A DNA stretch of 64,000 nucleotides from Fibrobacteria bacterium (GTDB lineage Bacteria > Fibrobacterota > Fibrobacteria > UBA11236): positions 1 through 64,000 of the forward strand of contig JBGTHM010000102.1 in the NCBI GenBank assembly GCA_041746255.1, in the 5' to 3' direction. A program made the position numbers and the translations under genes. Numbering within the stretch: position 1 is the first letter of the stretch; each line of letters begins with the position of its first letter. The notes beneath the pieces were generated by a model. It did no database searches and had not been told where the DNA came from. It saw nothing but the letters and a program-made list of their open reading frames with translations. Below are positions 1 to 10,137 of this stretch, piece by piece.

Positions 1-9
1 GATCTGACG

Positions 10-47
10 TTGTTTAATTACCGGTTCGAAAACCGGTAATTAAACAA
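10..47. terminator. Perfect 17-bp-arm hairpin (terminator or 3' stability hairpin)
   Basis: TTGTTTAATTACCGGTT-CGAA-AACCGGTAATTAAACAA, just downstream of the minus-strand stop at 65. The loop reads UUCG on the minus strand. No clear U-tract. Confidence 0.6.
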
Positions 48-64
48 GAGAGGGGGGCATGCAA

Positions 65-1015
65 CTAAAACTGGATTATTTTTTGAGTCATTATCCTGTT
101 AATATTTTTTAACGAAACAAAATAAATTCCTGGGGGTAAACTTGTAATACTCCCGGAATTTTGGCTGCCGTTGTTATATATCTCTCGTACAACCTGACCA
201 TTTACATCTTGAATAGAAATCTTATAAGCCCCTTGACCTTCTATTCGGTAATGAAAACCATCTTGAGATTTCGTTAAAAAGGAACTTTTGTGATTCATGA
301 CCGACTTCCTTACGTCAACTACCGGTTCGTCAAGATCGCGGATTCTGATATGCTCCCATTCCATAAAAGCGCCAACGGGTGGATGGCTTTGAATTGCAAA
401 TATTTCGCCTTGTAAGTCCAATGCATTAGTTAAAATAAAGTCCAAACAATGCCTGCCATTTACCCACATTGAAACGGAATCCTTGCTGATTCTGGCAGTG
501 TGGGTTATCCATGTGCCTACTCGTTCAAAGTTGCGGCAGTGATTTACGTTTTGACCCGTATTGACTAAAAACCGAAGGCCGGTACCCTCGGAAAATAGCA
601 TACCTGTGTAATTATTGTGTACATCAAGCTGTAAACCCTTGATCTGATAGGTGCCATTGCAAGTTGGCAATTTGGCCCCTGGGTCTATGCAGTGAGAACG
701 CATTTGAATGCCACTATTTGAGTTATTTGTAAGCTTATATTTTGTGCTTACCTCAAAGTTTTTGAGGGGTTTGGGCCACATCAACATCGATTTGGAACCA
801 TGACCTGTTAGTTCCAATAATTTGGTGGTTGTATTCACTTTCCATATATGAGACCCGCCATGCCTCCAATCATCAAGGTCTTTTCCATTAAATAAATCCA
901 CCCATGGCCCTGTTGGTTCTTTGGGTTCGGGTTGGAACAACCCCTTGCCCTGTCCCATGGAATTCCCCAGGAATAGGGATAAAAGCAAAAAACCAGATAA
1001 TGTTAACTTTCTCAT
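65..1015 (-). CDS. Secreted DUF1080 (3-keto-disaccharide hydrolase-like) protein with T9SS-type C-terminal domain
   Basis: Signal peptide MRKLTLSGFLLLSLFLG; motifs WVDLFNGKDLDDW, NFEV, NSGIQMRS and FAIQSH; C-terminal IQDVNGQVV...LPPGIYFV...KII. Start moved to ATG 1015 (AAGGA upstream). Confidence 0.75.
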   Translation of the reverse strand: MRKLTLSGFLLLSLFLGNSMGQGKGLFQPEPKEPTGPWVDLFNGKDLDDWRHGGSHIWKVNTTTKLLELTGHGSKSMLMWPKPLKNFEVSTKYKLTNNSNSGIQMRSHCIDPGAKLPTCNGTYQIKGLQLDVHNNYTGMLFSEGTGLRFLVNTGQNVNHCRNFERVGTWITHTARISKDSVSMWVNGRHCLDFILTNALDLQGEIFAIQSHPPVGAFMEWEHIRIRDLDEPVVDVRKSVMNHKSSFLTKSQDGFHYRIEGQGAYKISIQDVNGQVVREIYNNGSQNSGSITSLPPGIYFVSLKNINRIMTQKIIQF

Positions 1016-1312
1016 GCTAAATCCTTGAAAAATATTGATTGGAGCTGTCGACATTGCATAACTTGGTTAATTCACAATCCAAAATCCCATAGCCAAACAC
1101 GAATATATGTCCAGACCAAAGAAAATTCAATCCTTCTCTCGGGTCCGTTATTTCTCCATCCGGCCGTTACCGCCAGCCTCTGAGCACCATAGTAATGCAC
1201 CACTTGGAATTTTGCTGGTTAAAAATTGCCAGTTGGGTCAGGTAGGTGTAGGTACGATGCTCCCGAAAACAAATAGGGCAGAACATGCATTTTTTTAATA
1301 CGTCTTCACGAT

Positions 1313-2653
1313 ATGCATCTATTTAGTAGCGTCCCCTTGTCTTTTCTTCTGGTTTTGCTGCTTTTGGTGATTCCAGGGTATGGCGTTTCTACTTCTCAAA
1401 ATGAATCCAAACCGGACACCCTAGTTCAAGATTGCCGGAACTCCACGGGTCACCGCATTCATACCCTTGGACTCCACGGCCTCGTCCACACCCGGGAAGA
1501 AGTGGTGCGTCGCGAGCTGGCGCACATTGAATCCGGCCTTTTTTCTCTGGAGGTTGCAGAGGCCGAAAAACTCCGCCTCGAAGACCTGGATATCTTCTCC
1601 TCCGTGGAAATCCACTGCCAGGATAGCGCCGGGGTCGTTATGCTCGAGTACCGGTTCCGGGAAATGCCTCCCTATATTCCCTTCATTTCCATGCTTAAGA
1701 CCGACCAGGACGGCTGGAGCGCCGGTCCGGCCTTGGCCTCTCTGAATTTTCTAGGTCGTGATATGCGCATCGAATTGCACTCCCGCTTTGGGGGCACCAC
1801 CGAATTTTTGGTTTCGCTTTCCTCACCCTGGATTGGGGTGTTTCCTGTGGAATACGATATTTTCGCCTCCAGGGTAAATAGTTTCAATCCCCTGGATGAG
1901 TTCCGCGAGGAATCCTGGCGTCTCGGATGGGAATTCCTTTACCGGTTCTCCCCAGCTTGGGGTTTCCTGCTTGGCGGGGAGGCCTTTTACATCGAAAGCG
2001 ACCTTCCGGAAGTGTTGCTGAATCCCTCCGGAGACTTCGTCCCGCGACTGGGTGCCGGGTTGGTGTGGGATACGCGTGACCGGCGCCTGCATGCCGAGCG
2101 CGGCCTTTACCGGGAAATCCGGGTGACCCAAAGCGGTGGATTTTTGGGAGGACCGGCGGATTTCCAGGAAATTCTGGCGGATATGCGGGTTTATCATCCC
2201 CTGAGCTCCCGGGTAAAGCTGCATGTTGCGGGTCTATATCAGTACCGCTTGGGGGAATTGGGGCGTGACCTGGGCCTATACGACGATTTTCATGTCGGAG
2301 GAGCCAATACCTTGAGAGGCTATGCCGTGGGCGCTCTCAGGGGAAAAAATGAAGTGCTGATAACCGCCGAAGGACGCGTAACCGTCTGGCCGAGGACGGC
2401 GTTCCGTATCTGGAAAATAAACGGGTATTTCGCCGTTGAAGGAGTTTTGGGGCTGGAGGCGGCGGGTGTATGGGACGAAAAAACCGTTCTGCCCACAAAA
2501 CAGCACCCGGCGGGTTATGCGGGTATCCACCTTCTCCTGGCTGGCGTGGACCGCATCCGGCTGGAATTGGGTTCAAAATCCGCAAAGGCGGAGGTGAAAT
2601 TCGATGTCGGAGTGTGGGAGAAACCCCAGGCGCAAAGGTTCCGCACGCGTTAA
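1313..2653 (+). CDS. Omp85/BamA-TamA family outer-membrane protein, one POTRA domain
   Basis: Signal peptide; POTRA motif HTREEVVRREL...RLEDLDIFSSV; NFLGR; barrel loop motif GGANTLRGY. Confidence 0.75.
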   Translation: MHLFSSVPLSFLLVLLLLVIPGYGVSTSQNESKPDTLVQDCRNSTGHRIHTLGLHGLVHTREEVVRRELAHIESGLFSLEVAEAEKLRLEDLDIFSSVEIHCQDSAGVVMLEYRFREMPPYIPFISMLKTDQDGWSAGPALASLNFLGRDMRIELHSRFGGTTEFLVSLSSPWIGVFPVEYDIFASRVNSFNPLDEFREESWRLGWEFLYRFSPAWGFLLGGEAFYIESDLPEVLLNPSGDFVPRLGAGLVWDTRDRRLHAERGLYREIRVTQSGGFLGGPADFQEILADMRVYHPLSSRVKLHVAGLYQYRLGELGRDLGLYDDFHVGGANTLRGYAVGALRGKNEVLITAEGRVTVWPRTAFRIWKINGYFAVEGVLGLEAAGVWDEKTVLPTKQHPAGYAGIHLLLAGVDRIRLELGSKSAKAEVKFDVGVWEKPQAQRFRTR

Positions 2654-2804
2654 TATTAAAGGATATCAAGATTGAATTGCCGGGGCCATCTAGGTAGTTT
2701 ACTCGGATCGAATGGAGATTCGGGCATGTAAGTCTCTGTCGGCGAATATTGTCGATAAGAGTTGTAGATAATACCTTGTTCGTCGGCTTATGGAGGCTTA
2801 TTCT

Positions 2805-4427
2805 ATGAAGGTTGTTTTTCTCAACCCCCCTTATTTCCCCATGTTTTCGCGAGAGTCCCGTAGTCCGAGCGTTACAAAATCCAGTACCCTCTATTGGCCC
2901 ATGTTCATGTGCTATGCCGCCGGTTGCGTGGAAGAGGATGGAAACGAGATGCTCATTCTCGATGCTTCGGCCATGGATTTAGATTTGAACGCCTGTTTGG
3001 ATCGGATCAAGGATTTCGGTCCCGGACTTGTCGTGCTCAATACCTCAACCCCTAGCGTAAATAACGACATGCGGGTGGGACGGTCTATCAAGGAGGCCTT
3101 GGGTTGCGAAATCGCCATCATGGGCACGCATGCCACGGCTGAGCCCATCGAAATTCTGGAGCGGGAAGAAGCCATCGACTATGTGATATCCGGCGAAGCC
3201 GATTACACGGCCCGGGAATTAGTGAGGCATTTGCGCGGCGATGGGCCCGATAGCCCCGCCAAGGTGCTCGGGATTTCTTATCGCAACGGACAAGAATTGG
3301 TCCGCAATGGCGAAAGGCCCAAAATCGAAAACCTGGATACGCTTCCCTGGGTGAGCAAGGTGTATCATAAACATTTGCTTTCCTGTTACACGCGTTATTT
3401 CTATGGCGCCAACATTAATCCCCTCATCGTAATTTTATCGGGGCGCGGCTGTCCTTTCCGTTGCACTTATTGCGTGATTCCCCAGACCATGACAGGGCAC
3501 ACCTATCGCAAGCGCAGCGTCAAAGACGTGGTAGCCGAAATGACTTTCATCAAAGAAAATTTTCCCGATTTGGGAGAGATTTTTTTCGAGGACGATACTT
3601 TCACGGCCCATCCTACGCGCACGCTTGAGTTATGCGAGGAAGTGTTGGCCCAAGGCCTCAAGGTTACCTGGTCTGCCAATGCGCGCGCGGATGTTAAGCA
3701 CGAAGTATTGGACAAGATGAAAAAAGCCGGCTGCCGGGAACTATGTGTAGGCTTCGAGTCCAGCTCCGTAGAAGTTCTTAAGAACGTGAAAAAAGGCTTG
3801 GCCAAGGGCATGGCGGAGAAGTTCATGGACGGCGCCAACAAAGCCGGGATTCTCATCCACGGCTGCTTCATGGTCGGTAACTCCGGGGATACTAAAGAAA
3901 CCTTGGAAAGCACATTGGAATTCGCCAAAGTACTCAATCCCAATACCGCCCAATTCTATCCCATCATGGCCTATCCCGGCACTACCGCATATGATGAGGC
4001 GCGCAGCAAGGGCGAATTGGTCACCGAAGATTACGATAAATGGCTGGATAAGGATGGCCAGCACAATACTACGGTGATTCGTAAGGGCCTTACTTCGCAA
4101 GACTTGGTGGATTTTTGCGATCGTGCTCGCCGCGAGTTCTATCTCAGGCCGAAATACGTGTGGAGCCAGGCGAAAATGGCCATCATGAACAAGCGCGAAC
4201 GCTATCGCGTCTTGCGCGGAGCCGGGACCTTGTTCAAACATCTGTTCCGCCGCCATGGGGCCCCACAGGCCAGCAGCGGCTACTCCGTCGGTGATGCCAA
4301 CGGCAAGCCGGTGAACGGTGCTAATGGAGTGAACGGAACAAACGGTTCAAAGCTCGTGAACGGCGCGAAGGCAGCCGAGATTCCAGGTCAGGTTGCTGCC
4401 AAAAAGGCGGAGGCCGCGAAGGCGTGA
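2805..4427 (+). CDS. Cobalamin-binding radical SAM protein (HpnJ/BchE-like)
   Basis: N-terminal B12-binding domain (GTHATA, GEAD); SGRGCPFRCTYC (CxxxCxxC); FFEDDTFT; GFESSS; YPGT. GGAGG before ATG 2805. Confidence 0.85.
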   Translation: MKVVFLNPPYFPMFSRESRSPSVTKSSTLYWPMFMCYAAGCVEEDGNEMLILDASAMDLDLNACLDRIKDFGPGLVVLNTSTPSVNNDMRVGRSIKEALGCEIAIMGTHATAEPIEILEREEAIDYVISGEADYTARELVRHLRGDGPDSPAKVLGISYRNGQELVRNGERPKIENLDTLPWVSKVYHKHLLSCYTRYFYGANINPLIVILSGRGCPFRCTYCVIPQTMTGHTYRKRSVKDVVAEMTFIKENFPDLGEIFFEDDTFTAHPTRTLELCEEVLAQGLKVTWSANARADVKHEVLDKMKKAGCRELCVGFESSSVEVLKNVKKGLAKGMAEKFMDGANKAGILIHGCFMVGNSGDTKETLESTLEFAKVLNPNTAQFYPIMAYPGTTAYDEARSKGELVTEDYDKWLDKDGQHNTTVIRKGLTSQDLVDFCDRARREFYLRPKYVWSQAKMAIMNKRERYRVLRGAGTLFKHLFRRHGAPQASSGYSVGDANGKPVNGANGVNGTNGSKLVNGAKAAEIPGQVAAKKAEAAKA

Positions 4428-5086
4428 ACCCTTTCCGGATAGGAGTGCTCGCCTCGGGCGGGGGCTCCAATCTCCAATCCCTCATCGACCACATCCGCTC
4501 CGGCGAACTCAACGTCCGCCTGGAATTCGTCCTTTCCAACAACAGTACATCGGCGGCGCTGGAAAAGGCACGTACCTTCGGCGCGGCGGCCTACCATGTA
4601 AGCGCCTTTACCGAAGGGGGCGAGCCCGGTGTGGAAAAAAGACTGCTGGCGCTTATCAAGGAGCATGGCATCGATTTGCTGGTGTTGGCCGGATACATGA
4701 AAAAAATGCCCTCATCGGTTTTACGCGCCTTGCCCAACCGGGTGGTGAACATCCATCCGGCCTTGCTTCCCGCATTCGGCGGCGAGGGATTTTACGGCGC
4801 GCGCATCCATGAGGCGGTGGTGCGTGAGAAATGCAGCTACACGGGTGTCACCATCCACTTGGTGAATGAGATATACGACGAAGGCCAAATCCTCTGGCAA
4901 GTGAAAGTCCCGGTGGAGCCCGGCGCTTCCGCCGAAGCGGTGGGCCGCGCGGTTTTGGCGCAGGAACATGCCTGCTATTGGAAGGTGGTGCGCGCTTTCG
5001 CCGAAGGGGTGGTGCAACCGGGGGTTGTCGCGGGCCAACCCGTGGACGTAGGCGGGCTGGTCCAGTTTATGCGCGGTTTGCAATAG
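4424..5086 (+). CDS. purN: Phosphoribosylglycinamide formyltransferase
   Basis: LASGGGSNLQ, LAGYMK, NIHPALLP, GVTIHLV..YDEG. Confidence 0.95.
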   Translation: MNPFRIGVLASGGGSNLQSLIDHIRSGELNVRLEFVLSNNSTSAALEKARTFGAAAYHVSAFTEGGEPGVEKRLLALIKEHGIDLLVLAGYMKKMPSSVLRALPNRVVNIHPALLPAFGGEGFYGARIHEAVVREKCSYTGVTIHLVNEIYDEGQILWQVKVPVEPGASAEAVGRAVLAQEHACYWKVVRAFAEGVVQPGVVAGQPVDVGGLVQFMRGLQ

Positions 5087-5099
5087 AAGGAGCGAAGGT

Positions 5100-5786
5100 T
5101 TGAGTATTGCGGAGCCTGCAGGCAAAATTGATGGTAGCGCCGTAGGCGAGGCGGATACGCGTGGAGTAGGGGAGATTATCTGGAGCCACGATACCGCGCT
5201 GCTGAAATCCTTTCCGGTGCTTTGCGGGGTGGACGAAGTAGGGCGGGGACCCTTGGCCGGTGCGGTGGTGGCGGCCTGCGTTCTGCTCGATTACAACAAA
5301 CCCTTGATTCGCGGCTTGAACGATTCGAAAAAGGTTCCCGAAAAAAAACGCGAGGCGCTTTACCTTGAAATAAAAGACAAGGTGCTGGCCTTTGGAATCG
5401 GCGAGTGCACCCCCGAGGAAATCGACAGCCATAACATCCTGCGCGCCACCTTTCTGGCAATGCGTCGGGCCTTGACCGTCATGGGACGCACGCCTTCATT
5501 GCTGCTGGTCGACGGCAATCAACCCATCCCCGAAATCACCCCTCCCCAGGAATGCCTGATAGGAGGTGACGGCCGTTCGGCGGCCATCGCTGCGGCTTCG
5601 ATATTGGCTAAGGTCACGCGCGACAGGGCTATGGTAAAATTGCATGAGCGGCATCCGGAATACGGATTCGACCGCAACAAAGGATACGGTACGCGCGACC
5701 ACATGAAAGCCTTGGAACGTTTCGGCTTGACGCCCCACCATCGCCGCAGTTTTTGCGGCGCTCTGCAGTCCTCCCTTTTCGGGTAA
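5100..5786 (+). CDS. rnhB: Ribonuclease HII
   Basis: GVDEVGRGPLAG, LNDSKK, IAAASILAKVTRD, NKGYGT, HRRSF. Confidence 0.96.
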   Translation: MSIAEPAGKIDGSAVGEADTRGVGEIIWSHDTALLKSFPVLCGVDEVGRGPLAGAVVAACVLLDYNKPLIRGLNDSKKVPEKKREALYLEIKDKVLAFGIGECTPEEIDSHNILRATFLAMRRALTVMGRTPSLLLVDGNQPIPEITPPQECLIGGDGRSAAIAAASILAKVTRDRAMVKLHERHPEYGFDRNKGYGTRDHMKALERFGLTPHHRRSFCGALQSSLFG

Positions 5787-5797
5787 CGGAGATATTC

Positions 5798-6769
5798 TTG
5801 CATCGAATCCCCGGCTGGGTAAAAGGTTTGTTACGGCTGGCCGTGGGAGTCGGCCTCATCACCTTCCTCATCCAAAGCGGCGTCTTCGAACCGCGCCTGC
5901 TTCTCAATGCTTTCGAAAACCACCCCGCCCTTTTCGCCTTCGCGGGAGCCTGCTATTCGGTGCTGATATTGGCGGCGGCGTTGCGGTGGTTTTTGCTGCT
6001 TAGGGCCGCAGGCATAGAAGTGGGATTACGCAAGGTTTTCTCGCTGCATATGGTGGGACTATTTTTCAATTCGTTGTTGCCGGGAGGAACTGGGGGCGAT
6101 TTCATCAAAGGCTATTACCTCTACCAGGAGAATGCGCCGGGACGACGGGGATTGGCCCTCACCACCATTTTCGTCGACAGAATAATGGGCATTTATGGAT
6201 TGCTGACAGTGGGACTTTTCATGGCCTTCCTCAATCCCCGCTTGGCTACATCTCCCGCCTTGATCTCCAATACCTTTTTATATGCGGGATTGTGCGGAGG
6301 ATTGACGATTGTGGCTGGCGCCTTCTATTACCCCGTTACGCAGGGTTGGATTCGAAATTTATCGCGGGGAGTTTTTGAGAAGCTGCCGGGAAAACATTTC
6401 CGCAATGTGCTTTACCAAAGTCTCAATGCCTACCGCGACAAACCCCTAGCGTTACTTTCAGCTTTGGCGCTAACCTGGGTGGTGCATGCATGCTTAATCT
6501 CGATTTATTTTGCCTTCGGCTTAGCATTGGGAATCGATTTGCCGTTTCGTGTGCATGGTTTCGTTGCACCGGTGCTTACTCTCATAAACGGCTTACCGAT
6601 TTCGCCGGGAGGGATTGGTGTGGGGGAAGCGGCTGGTGAGTTCCTGTACCGCTTGGTGGGTGTAGGGAAGGGCGGGAGCGAAATACTGGCTTTGGTGCAT
6701 TTATGCGTTTTGGGTTTTGGTTTCGCGGCAGCGCCGTTTTACTTCCTTTACAGGAAGGAAAAAAAATAA
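5798..6769 (+). CDS. Lysylphosphatidylglycerol-synthase TM-region (flippase-like) membrane protein
   Basis: RW..LL, FFNSLLPGGTGGD, DRIMG, PISPGGIGVGE; multiple TM helices. Start inferred at TTG 5798 (GGAG upstream). Confidence 0.8.
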   Translation: MHRIPGWVKGLLRLAVGVGLITFLIQSGVFEPRLLLNAFENHPALFAFAGACYSVLILAAALRWFLLLRAAGIEVGLRKVFSLHMVGLFFNSLLPGGTGGDFIKGYYLYQENAPGRRGLALTTIFVDRIMGIYGLLTVGLFMAFLNPRLATSPALISNTFLYAGLCGGLTIVAGAFYYPVTQGWIRNLSRGVFEKLPGKHFRNVLYQSLNAYRDKPLALLSALALTWVVHACLISIYFAFGLALGIDLPFRVHGFVAPVLTLINGLPISPGGIGVGEAAGEFLYRLVGVGKGGSEILALVHLCVLGFGFAAAPFYFLYRKEKK

Positions 6770-6820
6770 GGAAAAATTTACCCTGGCAATGTTTGTAATG
6801 GGAGATTAGTTCATAAAATC

Positions 6821-9800
6821 CTAAGGTATATTGGTATTGTTGGGGCCACGTATAATTGTCGTAGATGGCTCGCCATAAATGGTGTTGTTATCTAAACCCT
6901 GAATTTGACAGTTCGAGTAGTCCACAGATGATGTGAACTCTAAATAGATATGAGCAATTTTACCGCTACTTTCATCAACATTGTTCTGAAATTTTGAGTC
7001 AAGTATCTTCAGCTTTGCATCAGCATAAAGATGAATGGCTCCGGAGTAATAGCCGCTACTATTACCGATGAAACTAGAGTTAATGATTGTTGCATTCGTC
7101 CCAGCATAAAAAGTTATAGGAGGCTGAACTACACCTTTATTATTTATTAAGTCGATATTGTCAAAGATGAGGCCCACCGTTTCTTGAGTCGAAAGCACAA
7201 TTCCTCCATTCACTGCATCTCTAAATCGACAATTTCGTATGACCATGCTTTCTACTTTCGCAATCCAAATTCCTTGGTCCGTGCTAATGAAATCAAAACC
7301 ATTTATTTCAACGTTTTTAGTTACCTCGTTTGGATTTAGGCTAAGGTCAACGCTGAAATTTAATTGGGCATGTAAACCGACAGTCCATACCGTTCGATTT
7401 GCAGTCATTTGACGACTATTTGTATTATCCTCGGGGTTTGAAGCGGAGAATCCCCCGAAAAGCGAAATATTGGATTTTAAAAAGAGTTCAGAAGGGGTGG
7501 AATAGTTTCCTGCAGTTACCCATATTTGGGTCCCGTTCGGATAATTCGATAGTCTAGAACTTGAGAGGGCTTCGGCAATTGTTGCCAAAGGCGTGGCCCA
7601 TGAAGTTCCATCTCCCGATGTTCCTCCGCCAAGGCCTCCTTGTTTCACAAAAACGACATTGGACCTTCGAAAACAGGTTCTGGTAACGGTCGTTACATTA
7701 CCCGCTTCATCCTTAGCGGTAATTGTAATGGTATTTTTCCCCTCTATTAAATTTTCATTGCGAGACTTTGTCTCGCCCTCTTCCTTCCATGTAACTGTAA
7801 TGGTTGATTTGCTGGTCACATGGTTATTAGCCAAGCTAACCTCTGTTATTTTGGGAGGTGTCTTATCAACCTCCAACGATATGCAGGTCTGGTCGCCATA
7901 CCCAATCACATCCCTTTCGGAAACGCATAGGGTATGCTCACCGTCCGACAAATTCGTAGGCGCATATCTTGTCGACTGTACACCTTGTTGGATATAGGTG
8001 CCGGCCGCGGAGCTGCTCCACCGATACCGAAATGTTCCATTGCCCCCGCCCGTACCGGACCATGTCCAGGCAGGCGAGTTGGTTACCGCGGCATTGCGCT
8101 GAACTGAAGGTTTCGCTGGAGCTGAAGATTTCACCTCAATGATTACCACAGTCGACCAGTTACCCCAATTCCCCAGCTCATCGCTTTCCTGAGCCTGAAA
8201 GTGCCAGGAACCATCCAAGAGCGCCGAGCCTGGAGTATAAGATTTTAGTTCAATTGCCGTTCCATTACCCGTTGGGGTGGAACCATTGGCAATGCGATAA
8301 CGATATTTCCCACTCCCTCCCCCACCAGAAGTCCACGTCCAGGTGGGCTTCGTGTTACGGGTCGGCGTCTGTTCCGCTTTTACCGTAGGGGCGGGGGGGC
8401 CGGTGCGGATCAATTGGATTTTGACCGAAGCCGATCCGGAATTGCCGGCCGCGTCCGTGAAGGAGCGAGTGATGGTTTTTTCGCCATCGGTACCCGAAAG
8501 AGTTTGATTGTTCTGCGTGGTTTGGACAACGCCATCCACAGTCCAAGTAACGGGAACGGATAGCGTATTGAATTTTTGACCCGCCGTGGGCGAGGTGATA
8601 ACCACCTTCGGTGGAGTGGTGTCTACCGTAACTTTAACCGAAGCCGTGCCCGTGCCCCCTTCGGTGGTCTTCGAAACAGTAACGGTATTGGAACCTTCTT
8701 TCAGATTAGAAACCGTGCTGTCTATAAGGGGGCCGTTGTCTACGCGATAAGAAATCTTGAGGGAAGTCTTGTTAATCAGGGTGTCCTTGGAAGGGTCGAG
8801 GATTTCCACTAAGGGCTCATTGGTGTCGATCAATGCCCTACGAGTCACGGTATTCTCATTGCCTTCCGTGTCTTTTACGTGAATTCGCACGGTAAAGGTT
8901 CCGCGAGTTGTATAGGTTTTCTTGATGGTGACCACGGAATCCTTGGTTTGGCCGTCCCAGACGCCATCATCTTCGAAATCCCATCGTAAAACTTCGATTC
9001 CGCCGTAATTTTGCGTCACTTTGATGTCGAATTTTACTTCTTGGCCGAATAGAACCTTTTGATCGGCGCTGACCTGCAGTTGCGGGATATCCGTTTCCAC
9101 CTTTACGAGAACGGTATCGGTAACCGAAGGGAAACCTACCACTGAGGCTAGAATGAAAGTGCTTCCTGGAGAAACGGGTGTAACAGTGCCAGAGGCATTC
9201 ACTTGGGCTATGCCGGCATCGTCGGATGCAAAGGACGCCACGTTCCCGGCATCGGCTGGAGAAATAACTGCGTTTATCTTACCTGTTTGCCCGCCCGTGA
9301 ATAAGTGAAGTGTCTTTGGGCTGGCTTTTATTGATTCGATTGTTTTGGGGGCGGTTATGACATCGATAATTGTCGAGGCTTTCAAGGCGGGGTCCACCTT
9401 CGAAGCGACCCAAACCGTGGTCTTGCCTATTTTTCCCGGCTTCAGGTTCCCATTCGCATCAACAGCGGCAATCAGGGCGTCCTCTGTTGTCCAGGTGACA
9501 TTTTGATCGGCCTTTTCCGGCAAGACCAAGGAATTCAATTGCAGCGAACTTCCATTTTCAACCAAAGTGAGCTGGCTACCGTTCAGGATGCGTACTTCAG
9601 TTGGATTTACGACGGTATCGACCGGTGGCTCAGGAACCGTATCGGTAGGCCGTACAACTACCGTATCAGCCGGCACGACTCCGGCCCCAGGATTGAATAC
9701 GATAATTTTCAAAGGCTGGGCTTGACCATTGGTAATGTCGAAGATAAAAACCAACTTGGTCTCACCTTTTAGAAAACCCGATATGCGTACCCGATAAGGA

Positions 9801-10078
9801 TTGGGTGCATTCTCGCCCACTTCCAAATCACTTAAACGACCCTTCTGGGCTACCGAGAATGGGGCGTCATAAATGGCTTCCTTGAAAACCACGTCATTTA
9901 CCGTCAGAATATCGACTTTAATCTTGTCATATTTGCCGCCTTCGACGGTGAGGCTGTCGTGCAAGACAAGATTCAGGATTTCGATTTCGGATTTTTCCGT
10001 AACGTTGCATTGCCAGAAAACCAGCAGGGAGAGAATACCGATTAGGAAGTGCCAGGGACGGGATTTATTGATTTTCAT
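6821..10078 (-). CDS. Large lipoprotein: Big_2/PKD/Ig-like stalk with C-terminal beta-helix (pectin-lyase-like) domain
   Basis: Lipoprotein-like signal ending LVFWQC; two Big_2-like repeats; PKD motif WDFEDDGVWD; DTTPPKVVITSP-type Ig repeats; C-terminal GDGTSWA...QIWVTAGNY followed by Asn-ladder strands. Confidence 0.7.
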   Translation of the reverse strand: MKINKSRPWHFLIGILSLLVFWQCNVTEKSEIEILNLVLHDSLTVEGGKYDKIKVDILTVNDVVFKEAIYDAPFSVAQKGRLSDLEVGENAPNPYRVRISGFLKGETKLVFIFDITNGQAQPLKIIVFNPGAGVVPADTVVVRPTDTVPEPPVDTVVNPTEVRILNGSQLTLVENGSSLQLNSLVLPEKADQNVTWTTEDALIAAVDANGNLKPGKIGKTTVWVASKVDPALKASTIIDVITAPKTIESIKASPKTLHLFTGGQTGKINAVISPADAGNVASFASDDAGIAQVNASGTVTPVSPGSTFILASVVGFPSVTDTVLVKVETDIPQLQVSADQKVLFGQEVKFDIKVTQNYGGIEVLRWDFEDDGVWDGQTKDSVVTIKKTYTTRGTFTVRIHVKDTEGNENTVTRRALIDTNEPLVEILDPSKDTLINKTSLKISYRVDNGPLIDSTVSNLKEGSNTVTVSKTTEGGTGTASVKVTVDTTPPKVVITSPTAGQKFNTLSVPVTWTVDGVVQTTQNNQTLSGTDGEKTITRSFTDAAGNSGSASVKIQLIRTGPPAPTVKAEQTPTRNTKPTWTWTSGGGGSGKYRYRIANGSTPTGNGTAIELKSYTPGSALLDGSWHFQAQESDELGNWGNWSTVVIIEVKSSAPAKPSVQRNAAVTNSPAWTWSGTGGGNGTFRYRWSSSAAGTYIQQGVQSTRYAPTNLSDGEHTLCVSERDVIGYGDQTCISLEVDKTPPKITEVSLANNHVTSKSTITVTWKEEGETKSRNENLIEGKNTITITAKDEAGNVTTVTRTCFRRSNVVFVKQGGLGGGTSGDGTSWATPLATIAEALSSSRLSNYPNGTQIWVTAGNYSTPSELFLKSNISLFGGFSASNPEDNTNSRQMTANRTVWTVGLHAQLNFSVDLSLNPNEVTKNVEINGFDFISTDQGIWIAKVESMVIRNCRFRDAVNGGIVLSTQETVGLIFDNIDLINNKGVVQPPITFYAGTNATIINSSFIGNSSGYYSGAIHLYADAKLKILDSKFQNNVDESSGKIAHIYLEFTSSVDYSNCQIQGLDNNTIYGEPSTTIIRGPNNTNIP

Positions 10079-10137
10079 GGTTCCATTTCCTGCGATGAAT
10101 TTGCGCGAATAATTGCAAAGTTAAGCGCTCATAGGGA

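Noticed and set aside
1107..1298. 63-aa intergenic ORF
   Set aside because: No SD or domain; lies in a probable divergent promoter region.
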